This document shows positions 49,532 through 62,212 of a stretch of 64,000 nt of DNA, piece after piece. Source of the DNA: Zootoca vivipara. Its lineage: Eukaryota. The stretch covers positions 38,502,001-38,566,000 of the forward strand of contig NC_083294.1 of the NCBI RefSeq assembly GCF_963506605.1, in the 5' to 3' direction. Under the pieces are notes generated by a model. That model ran no database searches, was not told the origin of the DNA, and saw nothing but the letters and a program-made list of their open reading frames with translations. Both the position numbers and the translations under genes were made by a program. Each line of letters starts with the position of its first letter. Positions within the stretch are counted from its first letter, which is position 1.

Positions 49532-50349
49532 TATCAGAAATGTTTAAGACGTAACAAAAACTAATGTGTATGAAGTCAGTTCTCAGCCCCTCTGATGTCT
49601 GTGCCCTAGCCGGCTGCCTAGTTGACTTGGTAGGTGGGTGGGGGGATGAAGAAGATTCAGCATCTCTTAGGACTATATCCTGAAAAAACATTACTCCAGC
49701 CCCCCCCCCAATTGATACATGGCTGGATACAGGGGAGGGTAGCTCCCACTGGCACAGAGGAAATCTGCACTGTCCAGGGTCCCTGGTTCAGTGCTATGGT
49801 GTGGATCAAGGCATCTCTGCACAGCCCTAGTATTTACTTGGTAGTAAATCTCACTGTACTCAATGGACCTAACTCAAACATAGTTTTGGGCTGGTTGGGC
49901 ATGGCAAGCATAGCATAAGAACATAATAAGCCAATGGCCCTTGAGGAAGGGGTGGGGTGGATCCATTTAAACGTGGCATGGTTAAGGAGAGTCTAGAGAA
50001 GACTAGAGGCCTGCATCTAATTGGCCTTAGTGTCTAATGTTCCTGGCCCCTGTGCTCTAGTCTTAACAAAGCTTTACCAATTGAATGTGGTGATGTTATA
50101 AGCTGGAGCTTGGCCACAGGTCTGTCGGGGAAAACACCAGTAAGTAAAAATGTTATGTTCCCAGGTGGTGCTCCAGCAAATGGAAACTTTAAAAATGCCT
50201 CTTTAGAACACTGGGCTCTCCAAGGGCTGGAAATAAACCAAAGAAGAAGAAGGGAAGCAGCAGCAATAGCAGCAAGAAACACCACTTCACCTTAACCTTA
50301 AGAAAAGGGTGGTTGCATTGGGAAACAGAGTGGGGGAATTTCCCTTTTG

Positions 50350-51750
50350 CTATCCAAGCTCCGGGTTTGCACACGCTACAGTACTAGGCAACGCGGACGC
50401 AAAACGCTTAGGTGTATAAAATCCTGGAAGCGGAATATCTCTACTCTGCCCGCTAGGCGGCGGTGCAGCGTCGCAGCTCTTTTGCAAATCCCTCCGAAAG
50501 GTAAGTAAGCTAAATGACATTTTGCCTTGTGAATGGAGGGGGCGGGTGGAGAGCGCGTTTTCTTTAAAAACAAACAAACAAACAAAAGCCAGAACCACCT
50601 TCTCGGTCTCTCTAATGAAAAGGGGACAGACTTGCACGCAGCTATTTCGTTTCTCGATATCCCCTGCAAACCCCTTGTCTGGGGAGAGGTAGTTCAAGAG
50701 TTTTAGGAGGAGTTGGATAGGATTTTTTGTAGCACTTCCGAATAGGAATCTGATATGTCCAGTACCACTTGGGACTGAGAGAACGCGAACTGAACTCTTT
50801 ATTATATTCTGCGCTTAGCTCACTAATAGGATTTTTCTAAAGCTCCTTTTTTCTTGGGGGCAACTTTTCCCCTCGTCGTTTGTCTTCGTCGTTTGCCAAA
50901 AAACAAAACACAAAAAACAAACAAACAAAAGCAAAACCCAAATCAACCTGAGGACCTAAACGTGTAGACAGCAAACCTTCCTTTTTCGATTCTGCAAAGC
51001 GCGTCGGCGTCGGGGGGGGGGGACGTCGGGGGAGGGGGGTTGAAGAGAAGAGACGGATCCAGGGCTCCTGAGTCCTGCTGGATTGACAGATGCCCAGGGA
51101 AGGTGAAGCAAGTTTCCTTCCACCCGTGGATGTGTCGTCAAGCCAATCGCGTGACCAGAGCCTGTTCAGGTGAAGGGAGAAGGCAAGGCAAAGAAGGGAG
51201 GACTCCGCGTGGTTTCAGAGGCACTTCTGGGGTTTGCTGAGTCCGGAGGTGACTCCTTTCTTTCCCCCGGCTAGCTCGAGCCACTGAAGAAGGGGGAAAC
51301 AACAACTACACGCTGCTTCAACCCAGCCTCCAGAGAGGACTCCTCTCTCTCTCTCTGCTGGCATGCTAGGGATGTGAGCCTGTGTTTCCTTAGGGAGCGG
51401 GGACATCCGGATACTACTTCTAGTGGATTGTTGCAAAGAGTACGGGGATGGAGCGCCACTACCTGTGAGGTCCCCGCTGTGTGGGTTGTAGGTAAGATGC
51501 GTTGCATGGCTCCCCCCCCCCCCCCTCTGTGTTATGGGCTTTTCTGCATGTGGCTCATTCTCTCTGGGCTTCCCAAACTCCTCTTCAGACACAAGGCGCA
51601 AAGCTGGAACTACCGGTAAGCCCCATGGGAACTGTGAGTTTTGCTTCCCTTCTCGGCCGCCGTTTTCCACCCTAGGGCTCAGCCTGTGTGGAAAAAAACC
51701 ACAAACCTCAGCACCCCTGAGGATGCGCAGAGTGCTTTCCTTTTACTCCC
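50350..51750 (+). promoter_or_regulatory. CpG-rich promoter region of an unidentified gene
   Basis: Marked CpG enrichment in unique sequence; TATAAAA at 50415..50421; Inr-like CTACTCT at 50441..50447; RFX-like half site taggcaac ~50385; GC box gggggcggg ~50538. Confidence 0.7.
50443..50500 (+). other. Candidate non-coding first exon
   Basis: Starts at an Inr ~28 bp downstream of the TATA box; ends at a consensus donor AAG|GTAAGT (50501..50506); contains no ATG. Confidence 0.55.
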
Positions 51751-52711
51751 GAGTCCTCCAGACCTGGCTCTTACACCTGACAGCAAGAGTATATGTGGTT
51801 ACAAAGCAGGCTAGATACTGCCTATCTCTCTCTCTCTTTGTGGGGACGTTATTAACTGCACCCTCATATGTTGTTGGGAAGTAGATTGAATCACTGCATG
51901 ACCAAATGCAGTATACTTTTACTCTTGTCTCCGCTGGTCAGTTTTAGCGTTAAATAAATATCCCAAACATGCTTTGGTTTCCGCTGCCTGGCAGCGGGGT
52001 GGTGGGGGTGGTGGTCCTGTGCTTTGGACAGCTGTGGAGTTTGTTCCGGGACCATACCTGAATGCTGTGGAAAGCTTCACCTGCTGAATTTCTGCTTGAT
52101 ACACAGGTGTTGAAAAGGAGCAGGAACCCTGTTGCAGGGGTGGGGGTGGGGAACTTGGCAGTCCTAGTGGTGGTGAATGATCACTTGGAAAAACCCCTGA
52201 TGTTCACCACATATATTTAAGTACTGTAGTTCACTTTTGGAGTGTGACCCTCTGTCTCGCTTATCCATTTCCTTCCACTACGCTCTTCTGTGTTGCATGG
52301 ACTAAATGCATTTTTTTTAAAGGCATGCCACATGTGTTTTGTGCAGCCTCAGCTCACCCTTAATATTACTGGAAGTCTGTTGAATGTTTCCTGGATTCCA
52401 AAGCGCATACTGTATATATATTCCTCTCTATTCCCTCCCCCCTCACACACACACTTGAAATTTTGATCTTGCTAAGACAGATTTCCTGTATAGGCTCAAG
52501 CTCCCCTGGGGATGGATTTTATGGGTTTATCCTACTGCTTAAGGGAATGGAGAGTGGTGAGAGACTGACCTCCGTGGACATATAGTTCACTCCTTTTGAT
52601 CAGACTTAGCCTGTATCGTCTTGGAAAAGATTCTCCCAGCTGATTTCACAGATCTTACCAGCCCCCCCCCCCGAGATAAATAGATGCTGCTCATGGAATA
52701 ATAATCTAATT

Positions 52712-52712
<1 letters not shown>

Positions 52713-52745
<33 letters not shown>
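52713..52745. repeat. (CA)n microsatellite
   Basis: Direct. Confidence 0.97.
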
Positions 52746-52748
<3 letters not shown>

Positions 52749-54372
52749 CAACATTTATCCAAACATGGCTTCCAGGATAGTGTAAATAATAATTCCAGAC
52801 ATTAATGCAATATGAAAATAATAATGATCAAAATGAGATCAATACCAGAGCTATCCAGCCAACTAAAACATTGCAGGGAATCTGAAAACTTGGGCATTTT
52901 AGACCTATCGAGCCCAAAAATGCTTATGTTTCTGGTTGTTTTTTTTTTTGCAGGGCAGGGTAGGTGGGGGAATAAATGGCCTTTATATTGATTTGTGATT
53001 CTTTGGCTCCAGTAGGATGGTTGCAGACAAACTGTATTGTAGTGGGGGTAGTAGTCTGGGTCCATTCCGATAGACCCAGAAACTCCCTCCCTGTAAAAAA
53101 AACAAAAACAAAATGAGAGTTTGTCAACAGAGAAGTTAAGTAAACCAGCAACTGGCACTGTCAATGAGTCTCTTGCCCAGGGGATGGCAGGCTGGTGCGA
53201 GAACATTGATTTCTGCCTTGCGATAACTTCTTTGATTAGGAGCCTGCTTGGCTGCAGACTCTGGTGTTTGAAAGCACCAGTTCTAACTTTTGCTGCTGGC
53301 TGATCCATCTGAGAGGTAAGTGGAGGTAGGAAGCAAAACTTGGGAGAGAATCTGTAGAGAGTGTGAATCTCCTGGCAGAATTTTCCTACTCCATTTCTTC
53401 CATCCTCTGTGTCCATAGGAAGGGCTTGTCTATTTCTGATTCGTATCAAAGCCAGGTGAAGGAATTGGAAGTGTACGTAGTTGTGAGGGTGGCGTAGCTG
53501 TGAACAGAGCAGGGCTGGGGAACCTGTGGCCTGTCACTGGGACTCCCAACTCTCACCAGCTTGTCAGCTGATTGCTATTGGTCCATGTGGGGTGCTGGGA
53601 GCTGAATTACAACATATGGATGGTCAAAGGTTCCCCATCCATGAGTGTGTCAAGGCTTGGACCAGGGAGACTTCAGCTGCATTTGGACCCCCATTTTCTG
53701 TGCCCTCACAATGTTCCCAATGCTGGATTTTTAACCCATGCTAATCCAGCACTTTTTTATATATATAAAGTGCTGCTGTTCGATGTTTTTGTTGCTCAAA
53801 CCAGCTTAGATTCAGTTGGAATCCTTAAGCCATTCTTAATTCACATCTAGCCAAGTTGCGGGCACACTTTGCACAGGGTAAAGACATCCCCAATGTGTCA
53901 ATGCCCCTGGTGTGTCTGCAAACAGAAAAGGACTCTGGCTCCAATGAATCTGTGCTGATGTGAACAGCTTTAGGTGTGGGTGTGGGAAGAGTTGCGAAAT
54001 GTACTGGGGAAAGAAACCTTCAACTTCACTGCCCTCTAAGATGGTGATGTGAACACACCGTTTGCTTCTAAATTCCTAAATCTGATGAGAGCCTTGTCCT
54101 ACCTTGCAAGCTTGGTTATGAATAAATTGGGTGGCGGGGAGAGACACAAATGCCACATTGAGTAAGGATGGGATAAAATGAAGTAAAGTATTTGTGTGCT
54201 GTGATGCGTTGAAAGGGAGGTTTGTGTGAAAAGTGAAACTGAAGATTGCAATGCAATTAGTCCAAAAGAACTGGTTAGTGTAGTGGTAAGAGAGAAAACC
54301 GCTAGTTCAATATTACATCTCCTCATTCATGAGATGACTCCAAGCAATCCTTTCTTACTGGGTTGTGGTGCA

Positions 54373-54462
54373 AAATAAAAAAATTCCTTCAGTAGCACCT
54401 TAAAGACCAACTAAGTTTATATTTTGGTATGAGCTTTTGTGTGCATGCACACTTCTTTAGAT
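54373..54462 (-). mobile_element. Solo 90-bp Penelope 3' terminus with decayed hammerhead
   Basis: 14-bp TSD tgggttgtggtgca at 54359..54372 and 54463..54476; the sequence matches ~47250..47338; core mutated to CTAAAGA and AAAA. Confidence 0.88.
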
Positions 54463-54768
54463 TGGGTTGTGGTGCATTACTGTAATATCATTGCTGTAAT
54501 AAATGATGTGAAGTGCTTGGAAACAGTATATAGGCTTATGCTATATAAATACAAGTGTGCCTAAATGCTTGCAAAAGTACAGTTTTAGTCCTTTCCACTG
54601 TCTATAAGACTTGCAGAAGATCTTCACACTTCAATATAGAGACAGCATTATAATTTCTGTAAACTGCTAAGCATAACAAATACCTGACCACTTCAGCAGT
54701 GCTCCAGCTGTTCCTGTCTAATGGTTTGGAAGCTTAATTACGGTATAATTACGGCGTGAACTAAATTA

Positions 54769-54891
54769 TAAGGTTACCAGATTTTTTTCAATGAATCCGT
54801 GGACACTTTTCAACTTCAATTGATTTTGTATGTGGACTGATTTGTAAATCCAGGGACTGTCCCCAGGAAACGGGGACGTCTGGTAACCTTA
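54769..54891. mobile_element. hAT (Blackjack-like) MITE
   Basis: 13-bp perfect TIR taaggttaccaga / tctggtaacctta; imperfect aactaaa flanks. Confidence 0.8.
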
Positions 54892-55156
54892 AACTAAAAA
54901 TGGCTGGAGGGATATAATCCTCCTCCTTTGTTTCCCCTTCTTTCTGAAGCTGCTTCCCAAGTCAGGGGTGGCACCTTCCAGAGGTTGTTGATGACCACTC
55001 TGATCATACTTGACCATTGGCCATACTGACTAGGGCTGATGGGAGTTGAAGTCAACAATATTTGGAGCAAACCACACTGACTGCCCCTCTCTTAGGTAGT
55101 GAGAGGGATCTTTTCATAGATAGCCTTTCAAATCCCATCAGCTCTTTGTGTTGTAT

Positions 55157-55246
55157 AGTGCAACTCTATACATGTCTACACAGACGTAAGTCCTATTGAA
55201 TTCAATGAGATGTACTCCCAGGAAACTGCAGATGGGATTGCAGCTG
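55157..55246. repeat. Short palindromic interspersed repeat (gtaagtcc.attgaa.tcaatg.ga..tactc); also ~32510..32575, 33000..33083, 33438..33515
   Basis: Recurrent hairpin-like unit at four or more sites. Confidence 0.55.
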
Positions 55247-56339
55247 TAATCTCTGAAATCCAAAACTATAAATGGAATGAAGCTTAATTTCATGGAACCA
55301 TAGAATATAAAGCTCCCCTGGGAGCAGGGATATTTCTTTTGCCTGCAATACTCTGCAAAGTACTTTGAGCAGTGATAGGTCTGTGTAGAGGACATTGTAT
55401 TTGTGTCTCCTTTTGAATTCTATATTATTGCATCCCTTTCGACCCCACCTCTCCCCATTTTGAAGCTGAAAGTGTATCAATCTTTCTGCCTTGGACTACT
55501 ACGTAGAGCCATACTGGGTCATGGGGAAGGGGCATTTTGCTAAAATGGTCTCTCTTCCTTCAGTCTAAGCCTTTCCTTTAGAAGGAAAATATTAAAAATC
55601 CTATGTGCAAAACATGTCACTAGCTCAGTGCTTTGGGGGGGGGGGCTTAGTACGAAAATGGCATTAATCTTATATAGGTTTCCCCCCCCTTCAGTGGAAT
55701 ATATTTGACCTTTGAGTAACGTCCCTGAAGTTTTTATGTTTTAAAATGTTGTGGGATGCTAAATCTTTAACGATTGCTAAACTCCCTTTAAGGAGCAGTA
55801 ATGGAAAGCCATGCCTGGTACCCTTAGTGGGGTGTGGGTATGAGTAGGCAGATCTGTAGTAATACAGGCATTCCTTTCTTTTCTTCCACATCAGTTTGCA
55901 TTCTTTCCTTGGGGGGAGGGGAGGGGGAATCAGTGACCTCACCAGCAATTTCTCCTAACAGACATGTTTGTCTGTAATTTTCTTTAATATTCACATTTTG
56001 GACCAGCTGCTTAATGTAATGCATTTTTTCCCCTATGGTTTCAGTAATATGAGTACCTTTGTGCACACTTTGTCCTCGGCTGTATGTTTTTGTACATGTT
56101 TTGTATATGCTGCTTGGCTGGAGAACAGCGTCACAGAAGGATGGCCGTGTTTCAGTTTTCAGAGCATTTTGGAAAGTGTGAATTGTTTTCATTTATCTAT
56201 TCAATTTCTAAGGATCACAGGGAGGTTTACAATAGAAAAACCACACAAAAGTACAAAACACAATCAAAATGAAACCTGTCAGCTGCTGGGGGTGGGGTGG
56301 CTGTGGTCCAGCATAGGCTGCGGCTTTGGCTTATCTGGG

Positions 56340-56600
56340 GGAGGAGAAGAAGAAGAAGAGGAGGAGTTTGGATTTGAGATCCCGCTTTATCACTTCCCTA
56401 AGGAGTCTCAAAGCGGCTAACAATCTCCTTTCCCCTCCTGCCCCACAACAAACACTCTGTGAGGTGACTGCGGCTGAGAGACTTCAGAGAAGTGTGATTA
56501 GCCCAAGGTCACCCAGCAGCTGCATGTGAAGGAGCGGGGAATCAAACCCGGTTCACCCGATTACGAGTCCACCACTCTTAACCACCACACCACACTGGCT
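56340..56600 (-). mobile_element. tRNA-derived squamate SINE (Squam3-like)
   Basis: ggaatcaaacccgg B box (reverse complement), cccaaggtcacccag CORE-like motif, (gaa/gag)n tail. Confidence 0.8.
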
Positions 56601-56811
56601 TCATCTGTGGTTCTTGCCTACCTCGAAGCAACCATCACAACTTGGTGGTGGTGGGGTGGATCCTTAGTCTAGTTGGATGGTGGGATTGGAATCTCCACCA
56701 GTCCAAGGAATTAGGGTATCCTCTTAAAGGCATCCAAGCTGGAGGTGCTTCTGTCCACCAAGCTGGTCTCAGGCAGGGCCACCCTGCTTTAGTGTGTGTC
56801 ACAGGGTGATA

Positions 56812-57001
56812 TGTAACCTTTGTTAACCCTGCCAAGAGAATGAACCAGCAGATGGGTTGATTGATTGAGGATATATACCCAGTGTCCTGTGCCAAAACTT
56901 GCTGACATCTGTAATCAATAAAGTTGTGGCCTGTTTAAATCCCAACTGGTTGTTCTGTGTTTATTGCAGTATGCACTGCTTCACTGAAAAAAGGTGTTAC
57001 A
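56812..57001 (+). mobile_element. Short LTR-like sequence
   Basis: TGTAAC...GTTACA ends, TATA-like gatatatac, AATAAA; no TSD. Confidence 0.4.
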
Positions 57002-57699
57002 AGACCAGCCATGCACTGCTTTCTTGGATACTATCTTCCCCCATTCACCCCTGCACGTCAACTTTGACCTGTAGGCAGACCCACCCACCTGTCAGTCACC
57101 TGATGTCATGGTGTGGTGTGTGGGGAGATATAAAGATCTGGACCACTGGGCCAAAAATGTCCCCTGCACCTGATCTAGAAGGCCGCCTTGATCTAGGCTA
57201 TATTATCTTGATTGGCACCAGCATTCCAAGGTATTTGTGGACCTTAAAACAAAGCTGAGTATAACCTGGGACTGTTCTCTGTGTGTGCATGTGCAAAGCA
57301 TGCACTCTTTTTCTGAGCTGCAATCCTGTGATACTGCTTGCAGCTATCTCAATTTTCTGTGAGCAGCTGAGGTGTCTGTTCGATGAGGTGGCTGAGAATA
57401 CAAGGACGACAGCTTGCTTCTTCTTCTATTTTTTTTTTGTTAATAGTGGAGCAGACTAGTCTCTTATGTTTTCCTGTAATAAATCTGTGTGTGTTTTCAA
57501 GAAGAAGCTAGACAGCTGGTGTGTTGGGATTCACACTGACAAGGCTTGCTTGAGGAGGGTGGGGGGAGGTGCTGGGTGACAAAAGCCACGTGGTCCCAGG
57601 AAAGATCACAGATCAACACTCTTGAGGCTGAACCGTATTTTTGTTGACGTACATGAGCAAAAGGCAAGAAGGCTGGATTTCCAACTGTACATTCCTCCG

Positions 57700-57828
57700 N
57701 NNNNNNNNNNNNNNNNNNNNNNNNNNNNNNNNNNNNNNNNNNNNNNNNNNNNNNNNNNNNNNNNNNNNNNNNNNNNNNNNNNNNNNNNNNNNNNNNNNNN
57801 NNNNNNNNNNNNNNNNNNNNNNNNNNNN
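57700..57828. other. Assembly gap (N run)
   Basis: N characters. Confidence 1.
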
Positions 57829-58645
57829 TGTATGTAATAAGCAAGTGGGTTATCTCTCCCTCTCTGCATTGCACTGAGATTAACAGGCTAGACACATAGC
57901 AACTGTGTGGGCCAGGTGAAAACTTGTCCTCTGAATAGGACTATTGTGCAGGAATAATCTTGATAAATGTTCACATACAGATGGAAGATTGTAGCTTTTG
58001 ACCTGATCTTGTAAGGTTATGAGAGTATTTTCTTCTCATTTAAAGAACCACTATTTATTAACACTCTAACAACATAAGAACAAAATGACAGTGGATTCAA
58101 GAATCACATGAAGAGGTTAACCATTGATGTACACCGTGGGTAGGAAGTCTTTCCCCCACACCTAAGGGCCTTGTTCTAGGTCTCAGAGCTGCTGTCTCTC
58201 TTACTCTCTCTCTGGCCCACACCAATTTTTTTTAAAAAAACCTTTATTACAAGGCTGCCAGTTATGATACTAAGTGCATTATTGGTGAGACCCTAGCGAC
58301 ACACCATCTTAATTTGCTTAAAGGCCTACACATAAATTAGCATGTGCACATTTACATAATTTTATTTATTTAGACAATTTATACACCACTTAATTTTTCA
58401 AAGAAAACCTCTAAGCAGTTTTACAACCTCCTAAAATTTTCGCAATAATAATAAAAACTGCAGTCAACATTCCACATTTTTGGGAATTGCGGGCATCCAT
58501 TAGCCAAGAGAGCCTCTTAAACATCAGATATAAACCGCAACAGCTAACATAATACCTACAAGCCGATACAAAATATGTATAGCAGAGACCAACCAAACAT
58601 GCAAATATATAAGCATGCATGCAAGTAAGTATATATCTGCAAATA

Positions 58646-58982
58646 CAGTGGAACCTCGGTTTATGGACACCTCGGTTTACGAATTTTCGGTTTACGAACG
58701 CCGCAGACCCATCTGGAACGGATTAATCCACTTTCCATTACTTCCAATGGGAAAGTTCGCTTCAGTTTATGAATGCTTCAGTTTATGAACAGACTTCTGG
58801 AACCAATTACACCCATGCTTCGGGTTAAGTACGCTTCAGGTTGAGTACTCCGCGGACCCGTCTGGAACGGATTAATCCACTTTCCATTACTTTCAATGGG
58901 AAAGTTCGCTTCAGTTTATGAACACTTCAGTTTATGAACAGACTTCCGGAACCAATTGTGTTCATAAACCGAGGTATCACTG
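58646..58982. mobile_element. Tc1/mariner (pogo/Tigger-like) MITE
   Basis: TA|cagtggaacctcggtttatg...cataaaccgaggtatcactg|TA; two internal repeat units. Confidence 0.92.
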
Positions 58983-59376
58983 TATACAAGCATGCATGTA
59001 ACAGCAGCACTCTCACATCTGCAGCTATCAGGAACCTGAGCTCTTGAGATAATGCTTGTGTGTCCAGCAATGCCCCATGTGGCAAACTGTTGGAACTGCA
59101 GCTTGGAGCTTGGAACTTTTTCAGCTCTGTCTCCTTTTCTTTTGTTCCCAGCTCACCTCCTGACATCTGCTTGCTGTCAAGCCTTGGAGCTGGGTTTCCT
59201 TCCTCAGGGGATTTCCAGGCTGCAGCTCCATTTCCACACAAGTGAATGGAGTAATGGGAAGAGGGGCTGCAATGAAGGCAACCATGGGCTTTTACTAGGG
59301 CTTTTACGATTGAAAATAAATTATAGTTGTTGTTGTTTAAATAATAATAATCTGTATATGAATGAAACATTATAAA

Positions 59377-59560
59377 GAATCATAGAGTTGGAAGGGACCC
59401 CGAGGGTCCTCTAGTCTAACCCCCTGCAATGCAGGAATCTCAACTAAAGCATCCATGACAGGTGGCCATCCAACCTCTGCTTAAAAACCTCCAGGAAGGA
59501 GGGCCCACAACCAAAGGAGTCTGTTCCACTGTCAAACAGCTCTTACTGTCAGAAAGATTT
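59377..59560 (-). mobile_element. CR1 LINE 3' end
   Basis: agaatcatagagttggaagggacc CR1 terminus (reverse complement) and ccaacctctgcttaaa. Confidence 0.85.
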
Positions 59561-60656
59561 TTCTTTTCTTTTTCAGTGATGCACAAGTTGCAGCTGGCAC
59601 CAGCTGTTGGGAACTGCTGGCAAGCTGTTCTCATGTGACATGCTGGCCTCATGTGGCAAGCAGTGTTACTACATATTCTCAGGAAGAATTTTATGGACTG
59701 GGTCAACCCAGGCTGTCCATTGGCTGCTCTTGGGCAGGAAGGAGTATAAGAAGACTTCCTGTCCCGGGGGTACATTGCTCTTGTTCCCCTTTGCTTGATT
59801 TCCCTCTGATCCTAATTTTTCTTCAGTACTGACATTTCTTATGCCTCTTAGCTCCCGGCTCCTGACTCATCTTAGACCTCTGCCCATGGGCCAATCCTAG
59901 CACCAATTTGGAAGAAGCACACCCTCCTGTGGCAGTAGGGAGAAGTGCTTTTTCTAAGACTGCCTTTGCTACTTGTGGTTTTTGGCAGTTGATTTTCAGT
60001 CAAAGGGGTTTTCATTGGTTATTTTTTTATATATATAAATCACTTGGACACCTTCTGTTGAGTAAGCAGCATATAAATCATTAAAATAAAATTTAAAATG
60101 GATTATTCTGTTGAAACTGCATTAATGCATAAGAGCTGCATTGTTAATTAAGAGCATGGACTGAATGTAGCAGAACTTCTGAATAAATATATATAGAATT
60201 GTGCAGTAAATATGGCAGCTTGTGGGAGAGAGAAAAGAAACCCCTACTTCACCAGAGCTAATGGGTCATTAGGGTTTAGGGATGGCAGAAATTTGATTCA
60301 GTTAGCACTTAAAGGGAGAGCTGCCCAATCCACACTTTCAGAAACAATATGTGAACCAAAGTACAGCCATTCTTCAAAATTTGCCCTCCACAGAATTCTA
60401 CACTGCAGTTCTCTAGGCAATTAAGGTATACAAAAATGGACCCAAAAATGTTTTGCAAAAGAGTAAAGCATGCATAAAAATGGATATGTTGGTGAAAATG
60501 GCAATGATTAGGAAAATTGCTTCGGGAAAATGTGCATGTTGGGCCAAACTGAATGCTAAAATGCATATATTTGAATCAACATTAAAATTCTGCTGAATTT
60601 TCCAGACTTAAAGTCACAAACTGATGTGAGGTTGTGCTAAGGTTGGAAAAATGAGA

Positions 60657-60912
60657 TCCCAAATGGGAGACCAAATGTTTGGTCTCTGCTACGTTTATTG
60701 AACTATGAGCAGCAGAAATAATGAGAGATTATTGTATTATGGTTATGCTATAACAGAGTGAAGATAGGATACAGCAATGAGATAGAATTTAAACAAAACA
60801 CTGCAGAAAATGAGATGGGAAGTTGATAAAAGAAAATTAAAATTTATTATGTATTGGAATTTTATGTGAAAATTGTGGAAATTTAATAAAATAGTTTTTT
60901 TTATTAAAAAAA
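60657..60912 (+). mobile_element. Short retro-insertion (L1-like 3' end) inside the AT-rich hAT element
   Basis: TSD aaggttggaaaa(a)tgaga at 60639..60656 and 60913..60929; AATAAA and A-tail. Confidence 0.75.
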
Positions 60913-61047
60913 AAGGTTGGAAAATGAGAAACTGGAAGAAACTGAAATTGACACAACCACCCATTCCTAATGAGGTCAGAGACGGAGGAGGTGGGGGTTA
61001 CCATGGGGAATAAATGAGTGGGGGGAGAGAAGAGGGTGGGTAGTGAC

Positions 61048-61137
61048 CATAGCTGCCAAGTTATCCCTTTTTTAAAGGGATTTTCCCTTATGCTGAATAG
61101 GCTTCCTCGTGAGAAAAGGGAAAACTTGGCAGCTATG
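61048..61137. mobile_element. 90-bp hAT MITE (catagctgccaagt family)
   Basis: Perfect TIRs; 8-bp TSD gtagtgac at 61040..61047 and 61138..61145; reverse complement of the 17204 copy. Confidence 0.93.
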
Positions 61138-62212
61138 GTAGTGACTTTGCTGAAAATGTATGTCTAATTACCTTGGTGGCCCAAAGTCATGCAGTGAATT
61201 AATCCAAAATACTGTAAATCCTTACTTGCCAATGTGCAAAGAAAGTGCCATGTCTGTTGGAGGAAGCCAAGCTTGATGATCTGCTAGTGAAAGGCACAGA
61301 CGTTCTTTTCCTTTGATCTTTTGGGTTGCTTTTCATGCTGTCAAGCTTCAGGTGTTTGTTAAACAGGGCCTGTGATCTGTAAGTCTGTAACATGACATTT
61401 CAGAAGCATGTGTGTGACACTAGAAACACAGCTGCCGGGGTGTGTGTGGGTGTGCATGCGTGTGGGGTGATGGTGTTGGGATTTGTTTTTAAAAATGGTG
61501 TCTTGGTGTACCTGAGATGTCTGTGGAGCAGAGGAGCTGATGAAAGGGAGATCCTCGTTAAATAGCAGAGTTAGTTTGCTAAGAATAAACAGAACAGAAA
61601 TTGCTATCTATGGTATTTGCAAACTGTTGAAAGCATTTTGGGGGAAAGACCCTCAATTTAGAAAATAAATAAATAAATAGCATTGTCTTCCCTCTACTGT
61701 TCAAGGAGGCAAGACCACCTCCCCCCCAGATTGGTTGTAAGTAAGATGGCAGGCAAGTGAGGGATGGCTGACAGCATAGAGGGGTTGGTGGAGCAGTGCC
61801 CCAGTGGATCAGCTGCCACTTGGTCTACTTTGAATATGACTTGGTCCAATGCAACCCTTTAGAATTGCTTTGGTATAACAGAGCAAGGTATATGTTTGCC
61901 TGGCATCTTGCTTTTCTGGATTAGAGTGTCTGTGGTCCAGCATTCTGCTTCAGTGGCTAACTGGAAACCTCTTGCAAGCAGGGTATGAAAGCCATCCCCA
62001 TCCCCATATTTTTTGTTTGCTATATCTGCTGTTTGCCCAGTGACTTAGGACTCCAGTTCTCTGGATGCTGTGTAACAAAAAATAGTCTTAAACAGAAGAT
62101 TAATCTTATGCCATCAAAGACACACTGAAATCCCATAAAACAAAGACAAGGAAGGAAAGCAATTCCATGAGTTGAGAATGAAGAATTAAAGCAACCTTGT
62201 CAGACCAGACAC

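Noticed and set aside
51456-51497. Possible miRNA hairpin (ctacctgtga...ttgtaggtaag)
   Set aside because: The stem is short and G-U rich and matches no miRNA I recognise; the 3' arm is better explained as a splice donor.
52802-53449. 215-aa minus-strand ORF near the CpG-rich region
   Set aside because: No recognisable motif, no ATG at the listed start, crosses low-complexity A/T runs; consistent with a chance ORF.
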